49,212 bases of DNA from Phoronis australis (lineage: Eukaryota; Animalia; Phoronida): positions 5,051 through 54,262 of the forward strand of contig NMRA01000207.1 of the NCBI GenBank assembly GCA_002633005.1. Reading direction: 5' to 3'. The position numbers and the translations under genes are program-made. The notes below the pieces were generated by a model. That model was not told the DNA's origin and searched no databases. It saw nothing but the letters and a program-made list of their open reading frames with translations. Positions 22,399 to 35,136 of the stretch are shown piece by piece (position 1 is the first letter of the stretch; the number at the start of each line of letters is the position of its first letter).

Positions 22399-22642
22399 AA
22401 AAATTCCAGCGCATCTCTCTGTTCTCTTGCTGTGACAATACTTGCCAGATGCGGATCTGCAGGTAACCTATTCCCTTCCTTGCATTTTTTTTCAGCTTCG
22501 TCGAAGGTCACTGGGCCTTGCACTTGTATCAGTTTGAAACAAAATTTGGGAGAATGTCGACAGTGAGCATACGCGAACCACCCGCGGTCTACTCTTGATC
22601 CACAATAGCCATCTATCGTGACTTTCCTGCCGTACCGATCGG
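22399..22642 (-). CDS. Host exon encoding the N-terminal half of a C-type lectin domain
   Basis: Acceptor tttttcag and donor gtgagt flank an open frame xDRYGRKVTIDGYCGSRVDRGWFAYAHCRHSPKFCFKLIQVQGPVTFDEAEKKCKEGNRLPADPHLASIVTAREQRDALEF(L). This has the CTLD signature GW...CF...TF.EA...C...HLASI...E, with the phase-2 intron after FL. Confidence 0.85.
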
Positions 22643-22866
22643 CTGAAAAATTGCAGCAGCGGCAGTAACAACGTGTCGAGCAGAAACATTACATAAACAG
22701 ACTCTCGTGCAAAGTCAATTTGAGCACACCGAGTGCAGCACTGGGTTCAAAATTGATATTCTACATTTGTATATATGCATTTCGAACTGAAGAATGGTTA
22801 GCCATTTCATATGATACATTCTGGCCTTAAATCCGTATGCTAATACCATCTTGTGAACTGAACAAC

Positions 22867-23264
22867 AGTAAAATATTACTGGTGCCCATTTGTGTCACGA
22901 CACATAAGGTAAAATGTTACTGGTGTCCATTTGGGTCACCATACAGGCGGTAAAATATTACGGGTGCTCATTTGGGTCACCATACATGAGGTAAAATATT
23001 ACTGGTGCCCATTTGGGTCACCATACATGTACATGAGGTAAAATATTACGGGTGCCCATTTGGGTCACCATCCACGAGATAAAATATTACTGGTGCCCAT
23101 TTGGGTCATCATACATGAGGTAAAGTATTACTGGTGCCCATTTGAGTCACCATACAGGAGGTAAAATATTACTGGTGCCCTTTTGGGTCACCATACAGGA
23201 GGTAAAATATTACTGGTGCCCATTTGAGTCACCACACAGGAGGTAAAATATTACTGGTGCCCAT
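22867..23264. repeat. 39-bp minisatellite, ~10 copies
   Basis: Unit ~gaggtaaaatattactggtgcccatttgggtcaccatac(a). Confidence 0.96.
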
Positions 23265-26200
23265 GTAAAGACTGAACGAGGCGCTGATGATGTCCACACA
23301 ACTGACTTTTTACTGATCTTGTTACTTCTCAAACGAACCAGACTCGTCCACTAATTGGGAACTGTTCCACATTTTACTACATGAAGGTTGACAAATACTG
23401 CAGACTTCAGCTAATTAGCAGAAACGATCATTCCACAGGTTAACAGACTATTGCCCTGCTCAGTTTACTCGATTCAATCCCCAAAACAAGGTACAATATA
23501 CCCCTGGGTGAAAGAATAAACGACATGGTAATCATTTTCAACGACAAATTAGGGACGGTACCTCTAGTCGGAGAAGTTCAATGGTCGAAGATAACTGATT
23601 GACCTGTCAGTTTTGTCAAAGGCCGAGATTTCAAAACTGTCAAACTTCACCAGAAAAAGTCAAAATGAGAAACGAGTTGATCCCACCCCTGCACCTCTGA
23701 CGTAGCAACCAGTTATCACACGCGACGGTGAGAAAACGGAATATCTCCCACAGTGCTCCTAAGGCATCAAGTAATGGCTTCCACCACCAGCGTAAGACCA
23801 AGAATGTTGCTCACACTGCTGCAGCTGTAACATTGTAGCTGTAAACTAATACACCGAGGAAAAGTAAATAACCAAACCACGACGCTGTGCTTCATGTTTC
23901 GATGTTTTGATATTCCTCAATTCCATCGTCAGGTATGACACCGCCAGTGCAAAGAAGCAATAACAGACGTACAAAGGCGAGATGAATCCAAAACACATTA
24001 CACACATTACTTCACATCACATTCCTTAATACAGTAATGGACACCCAACCTATGACATAGCTCAAGTTTGCATGCTCCAATGTTCCGGTTTAATGGCATC
24101 CCTGCATGATATTGCCTTATGAACAGAGCCTCACAGATTGACCTGTCACCAGGATTTTGAATGACGGCTTAATTGACCATTCCGAACCCAGCATTCGTGA
24201 CACACCTTCGTCTGCGTATCCCAAAGCCGCCATTTTACCCGAGATGCAACATGCTGTCAGGCAAAGCTTGTTTTAGTTTATACATGTAGATTAGGATATC
24301 GTGCTATAAGAACGGTGAAACGGTGTTACCAAAGAGAATCCAAGACTATGATTTTAGACACCTGTTGCCTGTGAGATCACAGCAAAAAAACTGTTACAAA
24401 AGTACTGTATAATGCTAGATAGCAGTGGTTGCTGCCACTCCTGGTGAATGATACTGACTAAATGTTTTTGAATATTAAAAATCAACAGCATTGAAAATTA
24501 TTGTAAGTACTTCGTAAATTTCATAGGGAGGTATCAGGAATGCATTACCCACATCAATTCTCGATTTTGGCTTGAAATTTTAATTTCTTAGCTTTGATTT
24601 CTCAGTTGCACACTGCGCACAGTCATTAACTTTGAGAGACCATATCCAAGTTTAACTGTTTAATGGGAAGATCTCTCACACCGAATTTAGCCTTCTAGTG
24701 ACAAGATGTACATATTTTTTTACTGAAAGCACTCTCAATTAAAACGTTATGGCCACTGCCGTGCATTAATTTGTCTTGGACACAAATCTAGACCTACCGA
24801 AACTAAGTGCTTGCCTAGGACAAGATAGCTGAGTACCGGAGTTATGAGTCTGATTTTGTTATCAAAATCTTTTGCCCGAAGAAAAGCATGAACAGTGTAA
24901 CGTTACTTTAATTAAATTGCGTAGAAAAGTCGTTGTAGCTTGAGGTATCCTGGTCAAGGATTTTCATACCGATAAGGTTGTATCTTGGCCAGTGATAATA
25001 GAGTGAGCCAACAGAGTACTATTTTTATCTTTCTTATGCTCAGTCAGTCTAGTGTATAATTTTGGTGGTCAGTCGTTCCGATATGAAACCCAAGTGACAT
25101 TGTAGACTACATTTCAGTTTTTAATTTAGATTGAAGATTTTTCAAATGAGCAAGTCTCATGATATATTGTCTAAATAAGGCGATCAGTTTAATTTGAGGA
25201 GCAATTACTGTCAGTAGTATACCCAAGTGCCAATATAGGATGGCGGATGAATAACCCATAATTATATGGCAAATAACTGTAGACCTTTTCTTGCAAGTTG
25301 TGTTATCCGGAACGGCCCTTTTCCTGAGACATCCATCCGTTAATTTAGAATATAAATTCAAACAAATACGGGAAACAGGTGTCTTGCATATATCAAAGAT
25401 TGTCTACACGTACACATGTGAAAACTAGGACAATGGCTGAATTAAGTGTTACACCGCCATGCAAGTAGACATATCTTAAAAGAATCTGTTTTATGTGGGG
25501 TCTCTAAAATTCCTGTCATTCCATGTTAATACCATCTCTAACCCAAATTGTGAGAAAAAACAGCATGGCTACGTGTCAGCTTTACCACCATCACAACCGC
25601 CAATAACCATAACAGCCGGCATTCAGCGAACCACCCATGGATGTAACCGACCACCTGACTCAAAACTGAAAATCTCACCCCATATCAAATAAATCCGATT
25701 CATTACAGCCAACTACGCCAAATAGGCTTATCACCATTCAGACACCTGTCTATATTCTAAAAGCTGAGGACTGGACTTCATTGGTCAACAAAGAATTACC
25801 CCGATGTACTTATCTTCAAGTCTCATATTTTGAAATTACAAAAAGGCCCAATACCTTACAGTATTCTCTGAAATGGGTAGAGATTGGATTATATAGCTTC
25901 GACTGGTAACAGAAGGACGGTTGTCCAACGCCAACAGCACAAAATGGGACAGATATGAATGTCTAGTTTCCGACTGCATATGCAGAGGTTGTTTTCTTCA
26001 TTATATCCCCGTGGTAATTGGCAACAGGGGTGTCTGCATAGACTCTGCATACCACTGCTTCAGCGCCTGAGTTGTGGGAAGAAAACGGAGAAGGGCTATA
26101 CCCTTGACACAATAGTCTTTGGTGAAAGGTTCTATACTAGTTGTCCTAGCCAGAACAATAAATCTTTCCGTCGAGGTAGAATGTCTCACTGAGGGTGTCT

Positions 26201-26880
26201 AGACTATGTGTCACGGATGACTGGGCATTCTTAGGATCTTTTCGACACGCCTGTGTATTGAACCAAACACCGCAAAACTATAGATTTTAACTCAGTGAAA
26301 GTATATATTTTATGAAAGTAAAAAGATGGTAAAATGTGAGTGTCAACCTTTGAGCAATCTGAAATTAATTGGGTCACGTGACCATGTCTTTTTAGTAAAA
26401 GCAGAAGGCCCATCGACGGCAGAACGACATCAATAACGTGAAAAGTTTCTTTCAATACATGTCCAGGATGAAATATCAAAAACGTTGTTGCAGTTTTCTA
26501 AATTATAGTTTCGCATTCATTTAAAGCATTTTTCCTGAAAATCGCAGATTCATTTTTGATGATAGCAACTCATAAAAGCGTTGAACATTTTAAAACGACT
26601 GTTCACACCGCTTTATAGAAACGTAATCACCAACCCGCACCAAGATTTTCCGAAGATGGCAAATTTGAACACTTTCTAGGATCCTACTGACCTAGCTCAA
26701 AAGGGGTGTAACTCGCCAGAGCCTGGTTCGAAATCCAGATGTCGTCGACATAACGCAGACGTGAGATGCCGACTGTCTAAAAATAGAGCCATCTTAAGAC
26801 GATTGAGATCACTATGAATTCACAAACGCTGACTTAATCTGCTGATACATGTACATGTATGAACACCTGTACAACATCAA

Positions 26881-28038
26881 CAGCTGATTTCATAAAGGTG
26901 GTTAAACAAAACCAGGTTTACGACTTAAACCTGGTCTTCCTAAACGTGGTCTAACCTTCGACTTTGTATTTAACCAACATGGTTTAAAAGCCTGGTTTTG
27001 TTAGACCAGAGAGCGGTTTTAGAAAAACCAGGTTTAAAGTATCTAAGCCACCCTGCTGTGTCGATCTGGATTAACCTAACAAAGAAACTATTGAAGTTCT
27101 TCAATGAAACCTTGATCACGTGGGTATACCATGGCACACTAGTAGAAATATTGCAGACATTTGTGAAGAAGGTCTAAAAGCTTTTCTCATGAGGAAAAAT
27201 ATAATGTCTGTCCACTACACGTACACACATTAAAGTACATGCTCACGATTTGCCGCAACATGATAAATGTCCGAATTTATTTCCGTCCCATTTTATTGTT
27301 TATTTTTCGCGGCCAAAGGGCGGGGGGGCAAGACCCCTTCCTGGCAACATTAGACTAGACCAATGGAGGTGGAACTCAGAAGAATCAGAAGATGTTGTCT
27401 TCAGACAAACCCGTAGCGCTTACGACGATGACGCCCTGCTCGAACAGTTATATTCTGAGGAATCCGTAGGACACCATCCAGCACGTACTGGTCTACCCAT
27501 AGGCGGATCCACGGGGGTCAAAGGGTCCGGACCCCTTTTTTCCCTTGATTTTGGCGATATCAAATCTATAATTTTCAAATTGTCGATTTGTTCCACCCTT
27601 TTAAAAAGTCCTTGGCTGACATCCCCCCCTTTTAAAAATTGTAGATCCGCCCCTGCTACATTTGATCATGTGTCGTCGTAAAACTGAATAGTGAAAATGG
27701 TCCATTTTTGCTTTAAAACTGGGTCGTATATGCACACTGCGGCATCATTCAGTTGCACCTATATCACGCAAGTCTGTCATATTTAACAGTTAAACCTGGG
27801 TCTGACCAAGTCTAAATTTAAACCTGGTTTAAGATTTTAATACAGGCCTAAAGAATAAGACCTCGTTGGTGAAATGAAAACTGGCTTAGACCAGGTCTAA
27901 ACTGGAGTTAAATCGGGTTTTACTAGACCACTGGTCAAAAAGTTAAGCTACCTTTATGAAATGCAGATTATCTTTAAACCTGGTCTAAGTCCAGTTTAAA
28001 CCAGGTTTAACTTTAAACCACTTTTACGAAATGGGCTG
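26881..28038 (+). mobile_element. Non-autonomous DNA transposon, probably PIF/Harbinger-derived, intronic
   Basis: TIR cagctgatttcataaaggtggttaaa / tttaaaccacttttacgaaatgggctg, many accagg/cctggt subterminal repeats, and 3-bp flanking repeat caa. Degenerate VFRQ..AYDDDALL at ~27390-27445 resembles Harbinger transposase N-termini. Confidence 0.65.
27498..27655. mobile_element. 158-bp GC-rich MITE with 5-bp TSD nested in the previous element
   Basis: cataggcggatcc / agatccgcccctg termini. TSD ctacc/ctaca (ctaca in the second copy near 29690). Confidence 0.7.
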
Positions 28039-28160
28039 CAAGGGTCCAACATTGGCTTAACCAGTCAGCACATCACTGGCAAACTCTGTCTCGGAGAGAT
28101 GATCGCCTCAATAGCGTGGCCAAAGGAAACGCTTGGAAACACTGAAATGTGTGGAGCTGT

Positions 28161-28406
28161 TCAACATATCTGTTGATTCCCAGTCAACTTGGTACGTCTG
28201 ATCCATGCACTAGTGAAGACGAAAGGAATTTTTTCACTTTCCAGAAACCTGACGACCTCATCTCGTTGTGCTGGATTCACGATCATCCATAGAAGAAAGC
28301 CTTCATCTCCAGCGTCGACCTCAGCACTGGCCCATGTGCATAACAACTTATTGTACCTGAACCCATGGACATAGTACGCGCACTTACAATGTGGTTCATC
28401 TCTCTC
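28161..28406 (-). CDS. Host gene putative coding exon 3, divergent CTLD-like segment (3' boundary uncertain)
   Basis: Acceptor tcttctgttgtcag, phase 0: ERDEPHCKCAYYVHGFRYNKLLCTWASAEVDAGDEGFLLWMIVNPAQRDEVVRFL...AWIR. Confidence 0.55.
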   Translation of the reverse strand, partial: ERDEPHCKCAYYVHGFRYNKLLCTWASAEVDAGDEGFLLWMIVNPAQRDEVVRFLESEKIPFVFTSAWIRRTKLTGNQQIC

Positions 28407-28482
28407 CTGACAACAGAAGACGAGCTATGACCCATAGCCATCTGCTTCATATACGGAGCCCAAAATTGAAAATGCCACCCAC

Positions 28483-28529
28483 ACATTGATTGATGAAATG
28501 GCAAAACACGACAATACACGTAGTTAATC
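28483..28529 (-). CDS. Host gene putative coding exon 2 (47 bp)
   Basis: Acceptor ttgtgcag and donor gtgggt. Phase 1 to phase 0 links exons 1 and 3 in frame: (G)LTTCIVVFCHFINQC. 76-nt downstream intron. Confidence 0.5.
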
Positions 28530-29036
28530 CTGCACAAGGCTCATTCCTTTATACACGACAGCAGTGTCCTTTCCCGTTATTCTGGACAGCAATTATAATA
28601 GTCTAACTGGGTGCCATATTAATAGAGATGCTGACTCAACCAAAATGAATTTACTGGTGATTTTTCTATTATGCATTTGATATGAAATCGATCTGCCGTA
28701 ACGAGAGCACTAGTTCAAATTCAAAGTGAATCGCGTGGACCTGACACACGTTTGGTTTAGGCAACCTTAATTTTCCAATTGCTACACCATTTACAATTCA
28801 GTCGAGATTCCTCAGATGTCAAACCATCTGAATAAGCCTGGTATCAAGCTACTGAAGCTCTGCTTTCCACCAGTCTCCTCTAATGACAGCAATGGCCACA
28901 ACCAAAAAAACAACTTTATAACTCCTTTGACAGTCTTTAAGGGGAAGCGAGGTCTTACAGAAACCAGTTATTGATGTAATGCCTTGAGGGCAGATATCTT
29001 GTTCTTCTGAAAGAAGAGTCGTATAGATTCATTTAC

Positions 29037-29136
29037 CTGCTGTGTTGTAAAATGGACAATCTTCAAAAATGAGGTCACTTGCTGCGACTCCCATTCCAAG
29101 CAGAGCAAGCATCCATGGTAAACGTTCCTTCTTCAT
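29037..29136 (-). CDS. Host gene first coding exon with signal peptide
   Basis: Acceptor ttttaatttcag, ATG 3 nt later, MKKERLPWMLALLGMGVAAS-DLIFEDCPFYNTA, phase-1 donor CAG|gtaaat. Confidence 0.62.
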
Positions 29137-29390
29137 ATTCTGAAATTAAAATGAATACGAGGTTTGACTAGAAAGAGTGCGAGTAACAGGGATACACGAA
29201 AATGTGGTTCAATTACTTCCAAAGGGAAGTTAGTGCCTTTAGAAACAATTGCCGTTCTGTCAGCTTTAACAGATGCCTAACTTACAGCAGGCATCCTCCT
29301 GTTAACATGGCAGTAGGGGGTACGCAAGGTTTGTGTCCTTGACCAGAATCTTTACAACTAATACGGCGATAAAAATGTTTCTAACTGCAG

Positions 29391-29525
29391 TACTTACGGG
29401 ATGCAGTTAGACACATACCGTACGATTCGTTTACTGATTAATCTTTCCAATTACACTTCGGTGACAGCGATTGGTTCTTCTTTAATTTCAAATCACATAA
29501 CCACGCAACCGATCACGTGATTTGC
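29391..29525 (-). promoter_or_regulatory. Candidate promoter and non-coding first exon of the host gene
   Basis: Minus-strand donor gtaagta at 29397-29391, CCAAT box (~29469-29476) and palindromic E-box tcacgtga (~29513). Confidence 0.35.
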
Positions 29526-29619
29526 ACCGGAATTCACCGGATTAGTACCAAAAGTAAACAGCACATTTACATTTCGGCTAACAGTATGCACAAATGTTAA
29601 ACACATTATTCTTATCATT

Positions 29620-30276
29620 ACAAATTTGATATCACTAAAATCAAGGAAAATGGGAGTCCGGACCCCTTGACCCCCTTGGATTCCCCTATGTGTAGACCAG
29701 TTCATGCTGGATGGTGTCCAGCAGATTTCTCAGAATACGACTGGTCGAGTAGGGCGTCATCGTCATAAGCGCTACGGGTTTGACTGAAGACAGCATTTTC
29801 TGATTCTTCTGAGTTCCAACTCCATTGCTCTCCGATTTAATGTTGCCGGGAAGGCGTCCTGCCCCTACCCCCCTTTGGCCACGAAAAATAAACACTAAAA
29901 TGGCACGAAAATAAATTTGGACATTTATGATATTACGTCTAATCGTGAGCATTTACTTTAATATGTGTATACGTGTGTTGGGCACAGACATTACATTTTT
30001 CCTCATGAGAAAAGCTTTTACACCTTTTTCGCAAATGTCTGCACTGATTCTACTAGTGTGTGCCATTGTATACCCACGTGATCAAGATTTTAATGAAGCA
30101 CTTAGTTTCTTTGTTGGGTCAATCCATATCGACACAGCAGGGTAGCTTAGATACTTTAAACCTGGTTTTACTAAACCGGCTCCCTGGTGTAACAAAACTA
30201 GGTTTTCAGACTTTTAAACCACGTTGGTGAAATGCAAGTTAGGTCTAAAATTAAACCACCTTTATGAAATCGGCTG
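29620..30276 (-). mobile_element. Partial inverted copy of the 26881-28038 element, including the left part of the nested MITE
   Basis: Reverse complement aligns with ~26881-27570. Terminus ttaaaccacctttatgaaatcggctg. Confidence 0.8.
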
Positions 30277-32262
30277 AATGATTTTTGGTTTCCCGCTGCC
30301 TGACGTCCTCAGTGGAAGACGTTGACCAGTTGAAATTCTACATGTATACGTAATGGCGGATAGTACTGATTTTGTAAGTTACGAAGAGCTAGAGGGCGAG
30401 CTTTGATTAACGAGTATTATGAAGACAGGTTTCTGAGATGGGAGTGAATACTACACTGAGGCCATAGGTGAATCAGATGAGAAGTTAGACTTCACCATGT
30501 CGGCAAACTTTCCGTGCCTGAGGCCGTTCGAACTCGACTCTCCCGCATCTGCGTCTGCGGCAGACAATTCTGAGTTCAGTAGGGTAATTAAATCTTTTTT
30601 TCTGAATCACGAGTAACTTGTGTTTCGTACTGCAAATCTTACCGGAGTTTTTACCGACTGTCGAAGCCCAGCTGCGGATAGCTGGCGGAGAATCATTTCA
30701 GTTCTTCGAATGCCTAGTGCGTTTGTCAGGAGCTATCATATTTATTTATTCGTTTAAAATTCTTTAAACATAATGGGTGACCATTTCAGTGAATACTTCG
30801 ATTTTCAAGAGGGCCCAGTTGGAAATAATTACATGAAATAAAATACGGATAGCTGTGCACGATTAGATTGAAAAGATTAATGAAATAAGTAAATTAGTTA
30901 TAAATTACTTACTATGTACAATAAGATGAATAAGAAAGGTAGTTCAATAATGATGAGCTGAGGCCTACAGTCCCTATCCGTGTACAAAGTCCTAGTATTT
31001 CTGTTTGAAGACGTGCCTGATGAGGAAACGTGCAGAATAAAGCTCATCTCGGACACTACAGACTGGTTGGATGTCTCAATGTTTACAATTTGTCTCCCAT
31101 GTTCCTTTCTAAAAACATCACATAAATTGGTATTTTGCTTATGTTGCTGAGCGGCATTACGAATGCGATCGATCACGACAGTATGGTGAGTTTCATTAAA
31201 GTGCCGTATGATCTTCTTTGCGTCATTGTCGCCATGGATTTTTAAGGGGAGTCGTGACAAGTAGTCAAGAGGATCTTGATCGTTCATGCCTGGCTAATAT
31301 ACCAAATCAAAGTCATTATCTTGCAGATCAATGGTCCACTTTTCTATCCGTGCAGGTGGTGCGTAACTTCGTTTCGCAAACACAGGGATGCGTGGTTTCT
31401 TTTACGATGTTGAATAGGTGTGCTCCAAGTAAGTAGATACCATTTGATAGCAAATGTGTCGTTCAACCTTGACCGTCTCAGGTGCGTGTTGCAGTCCATC
31501 GTTTGCGAAGAGTTCTCGATACCCGGTTTTCCGAACTCGGCTTTGGCTTTGATGAAAGTGAAAGTGTAGTGCGCGGCACTGTGGGAGTAACTTTAGTGCG
31601 CTCTATCTGATCGCGTCCGGCCATGAGCAACTCATACCTCTGGTTCAAACATCTCGAGATGTCCCCGAAGTTCTTACAGACAGCCGACGAAAACTAGCCC
31701 CTTAGGACTCATTTTACTACAGGGAGTGCTAAAAGTACTCATGTTTTTGGACTGTACGCTTTGGTCTAGCCACTTCTTCACGCTCCTGTGCAAGCAGTTT
31801 GGAGTGAGCCTGTGCTCCTGGTATACCGTCCTGATGACAAGGATGTTTGGCTCTTTAAGGAGCCATCCGTTTGGATCTCATGAACGCCTAGTGCTTCGAG
31901 TGTAGGTCGTAACAGCAGTGGCGGTGACCCGGTGCGTCCAGTCAAAATCGTCAACTATGATGGAGTTGTGCACGAATTGATGGTTGTTGCAAAACAGCCT
32001 TTCATTGGTACAGTGGCGGATCTAGGATATCACAAGGGGGGGCCCAACATTTTTTCCGGCCGTAAGCATTTGCGCCAACCACGATTGTAGATGCGCATAG
32101 CACCGAATGGGGGGAGGTCGGAAGGGGGGTTTGCCCCCCTCCCTCTCAGGAAATTTTTCTGATTTTTCCTCTAAAAATCAAGCATTTTCCTTGATTTCTG
32201 AAGTATTATCCAAGAAAAAAAGGCAAAAAAAAACACAAAAACACGTGTTACACAGGAAAAAA

Positions 32263-32335
32263 TGCGAACACCACAGATTCGAACTCACGATCTGGCTGCT
32301 AGAACGCGCGTGCTTTAACACTACACCACCACGAT
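32263..32335 (-). pseudogene. tRNA-derived sequence (SINE head or pseudo-tRNA)
   Basis: Minus strand has ggtggtgtagtgttaa (A box) ... gagttcgaatct (B box) followed by a T-run. Stems are poorly paired. Confidence 0.55.
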
Positions 32336-32929
32336 ATCTCTACTAACCTGCACCTAAGAGACCTACTTGTTTATGGTCCACAGCATTTGCGCGCGAAACC
32401 TACTTCTTTTTGTAATGCTTATTACGCGTTTTATATATTGTGCAATTGGTTCTTAACAAATGTTTTGTATTTACAATAGTCATCAAATGCCCAAAAGACC
32501 AAATCCGTTTTTCGTGTTGGCAATAATGACGGGATTGCTTTGGAAATCGTCTTAAGTTAAGGTTTGACAAAGAGAGAATTAATGAGTTTTTGAGTGATTC
32601 ACTAAGGTTTAGATTAAAATTCACATCTTACCAACAGCTTCTGTTTTTTCATCGTCACTCAGGTTCCATTTTCTTTAAAAAATGAAGTAAATTTTCTTCA
32701 TTGCACAGTGGAGCAGACGACGGAAACGGAGTCGTAGTGCGCAGCGCCACTGCCGGTCGCCTGGGATATCGCAGGAGAGCCTACACTTAGCCGTAGTTCC
32801 GTTACGAATGCGCCGTGTTCCGAATTTGACACTTGAAATTAGGTTTGAGTGATTCACTAAGGCTTAGATTAAAATTCACATCTTACCAACAGCTTCTGTT
32901 TTTTCATCGTCACTCAGGTTCCATTTTCT

Positions 32930-33181
32930 NNNNNNNNNNNNNNNNNNNNNNNNNNNNNNNNNNNNNNNNNNNNNNNNNNNNNNNNNNNNNNNNNNNNNNN
33001 NNNNNNNNNNNNNNNNNNNNNNNNNNNNNNNNNNNNNNNNNNNNNNNNNNNNNNNNNNNNNNNNNNNNNNNNNNNNNNNNNNNNNNNNNNNNNNNNNNNN
33101 NNNNNNNNNNNNNNNNNNNNNNNNNNNNNNNNNNNNNNNNNNNNNNNNNNNNNNNNNNNNNNNNNNNNNNNNNNNNNNNNN
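32930..33181. other. Assembly gap, preceded by a ~90-bp duplication (~32591-32674 vs 32846-32929)
   Basis: Run of N. Confidence 1.
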
Positions 33182-34099
33182 AACATTTCCCTACGCTCTT
33201 GCTGTTTTATTTTTTTGCGGCAGCCAGGGGGGGGGGGGCCGGGCCGCCTGCCCCCCCCTAAATCCGCCTATGTGGTAGTATACACTGCAGGTTTCTCAGT
33301 GGTTGGCCACAAGACATTTACTTCACAGTGGTTGCTGAGCAGTGGTGGAAAGTCTTGAACTGCTGCTTAACCATCAAGGTGGCATCAGCACCGATGTCTG
33401 GTGCGTCATCTATCATAAGCGCAATCAACTGTCGTTGCTTGGTCAGTATTGGCATGTCTACGTTTGACACGAGGTTTGAAAAAGTTATCATCCGAACTGG
33501 TGCTAGAGTGATCGTTGTCTTGCGGGATATGTTTGATTCGATATTGTTGAGTTGCGTGACCTTCAACATGTAGCTTCAGTCGATAAACTAGCAAAGTGGT
33601 TACATCAGGTGCACCTTCTGCCATATGCGGGGCAGTCTCTTTCCTTCGGGTGAGAACCACATTGTACACACTACTTGTATGGTACTGTCGGTACTTACTT
33701 AGCAGGTGACGACTTTAAGTATTTTCTCGAGTGCGGATTGTTACTCTTCTTCTTGCCAGTGTGCTCAAAAGCAGCTGGTGTTTACTCACACGTATTTGGT
33801 TCACCTGATTGTCTGTGTCTCCTATTTTCCCGACATCTTGTAAGACTGCTAATGGCCACTTCTTTTTGCACTAACGGAATATATTTGAACTTTGGTAATT
33901 TGGGGCTACAAAATGTAGAACAACCTTCCTGGTGCTTCTCTCCAGTAGACACGTGGAGAGTGAAGCGCTAACTGGTCCATAAGCGATGACCTACATGTAG
34001 TTTACGTAGAGAACCTGGCGGATGACCTAGTTTACGAACCACACTTAGGTCCGCGTGCATTCCAATTGGTCTTTGAAGGGGACCTAAACACAATTATAA

Positions 34100-35136
34100 A
34101 GGAAAATTTAGGCGGATAACGCCCAAAAACGATATACTGGCAGCGTTTTTAGTCGCCCGTGGGATGTACCCTGGGGGCCCTTCTATCGGCGTCTGTTGAC
34201 CATCTGATCCATTTCGCTAAAACCTCGTTCGCATTCAGCTGTACTGAAAGGAAAAGTCTTAATGCATCATGTAAAAAGATGGTTGGCTGCGCCTACGTGC
34301 GTTTATGCCCTACAATAACGTTACGTACGGTGCGTAGGCGCTACGTTCAAATGCCAAAAGATGGCTGGCTGCGCCTACGCCCTGCGCCTACGCCCCACTA
34401 CAGCACTGAAAATCTGGAAATCAATCGACACTTGCCTTGCCCGTTACAGCCGTTTAAGTGAAAAAAAAATCAAATAAACGCCATTTCTTACGTAATCCTC
34501 GCCTTTTCTAACAAAGAAAACTTGTAGTCGTTTCGAAAACAATACGCTCGTGACACGCGTCCGCGCCATTTCTTAAATATTTGCGACATCTCTCGGGAGA
34601 TTATGATAGCTTGGCAGCAGCAAAATTTGTTCTGAAATTCGGTTTGCTGATATCAAAATTCTAAAAACTTATAATGAAGTGAAACCAGTTCCAATAATTT
34701 GTTGTGTCGTGTACGTAACATCGTGAAAGAACAACAGTTGATTGAAGATTCGACGAAAAAAGAAACTGGCCAATTGGTGACGCAATATTTCACGTCGCCA
34801 AAAGCCGACGCAGAAAATCGCTACAAAACTTTAGCAGCACAATAATTTTCCAGAACCAGAAAATAATATTATTTACTCAAATAAGTGTGTAGTTTTTGAT
34901 AACACTAATTTTGAGTCATATTTTACCTGGTCAGTTTTTACCCACATCGGCGAAAGCTGTATATTTCGTATGCAGCTTTACACCAAGGCTAGCTCTGCCT
35001 GGGCTAATTTCACGTACCGGGATTTTCCGTAGATAAGCCCACCCAATGAAACGTGAGTGTTTATTCGGAAAATTATGCTACAACTTCTGGTGTGAAGTGC
35101 TCAGACAGGGGAGGCGTTTATCCGGAAAATGTCCTC
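34100..35136. mobile_element. Possible old Kolobok-type MITE
   Basis: ataa|aggaaaatttaggcggataacgcc vs ggcgtttatccggaaaatgtcctc|ttaa: degenerate TIR and TTAA-like flanks. Confidence 0.35.

Larger units (their letters stand above)
32011..33272. mobile_element. Non-autonomous TIR element with 5-bp TSD inserted in the gypsy relic, spanning a gap
   Basis: cagtggcggatctagg / cctaaatccgcctatg termini and a perfect TSD tggta (32006-32010, 33273-33277). Same terminus type as 27498-27655. Confidence 0.8.
30950..33970 (-). mobile_element. Heavily degraded Ty3/gypsy LTR retrotransposon (gag-pol relic, Mag-like)
   Basis: Gag knuckles CVQCGSH...CPAYGRRC..C..NHFA (~33590-33670), protease DIGAD (~33385), RNase H end PPARIEKWTIDLQDNDFDLVY*PG...DYLSRLP (~31245-31360). 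LTRs not identified. Confidence 0.8.

Noticed and set aside
23760-23840. Minus-strand LQCYSCSS (Ly6-like) or CEQHSWSYAGGGSHY (CTLD-like) exon
   Set aside because: Short, frame ambiguous, stops follow quickly. Cannot be supported without transcripts.
25855-26066. Additional host exon after a good minus-strand polypyrimidine acceptor
   Set aside because: All three frames hit stops before a convincing donor, so it is left unannotated.
32263-32335. Functional tRNA gene
   Set aside because: A/B boxes are present but acceptor and anticodon stems do not pair convincingly, and it lies inside a MITE.
30700-34080. LTR pair for the gypsy relic
   Set aside because: No TG..CA direct repeats, PBS or TSD found.
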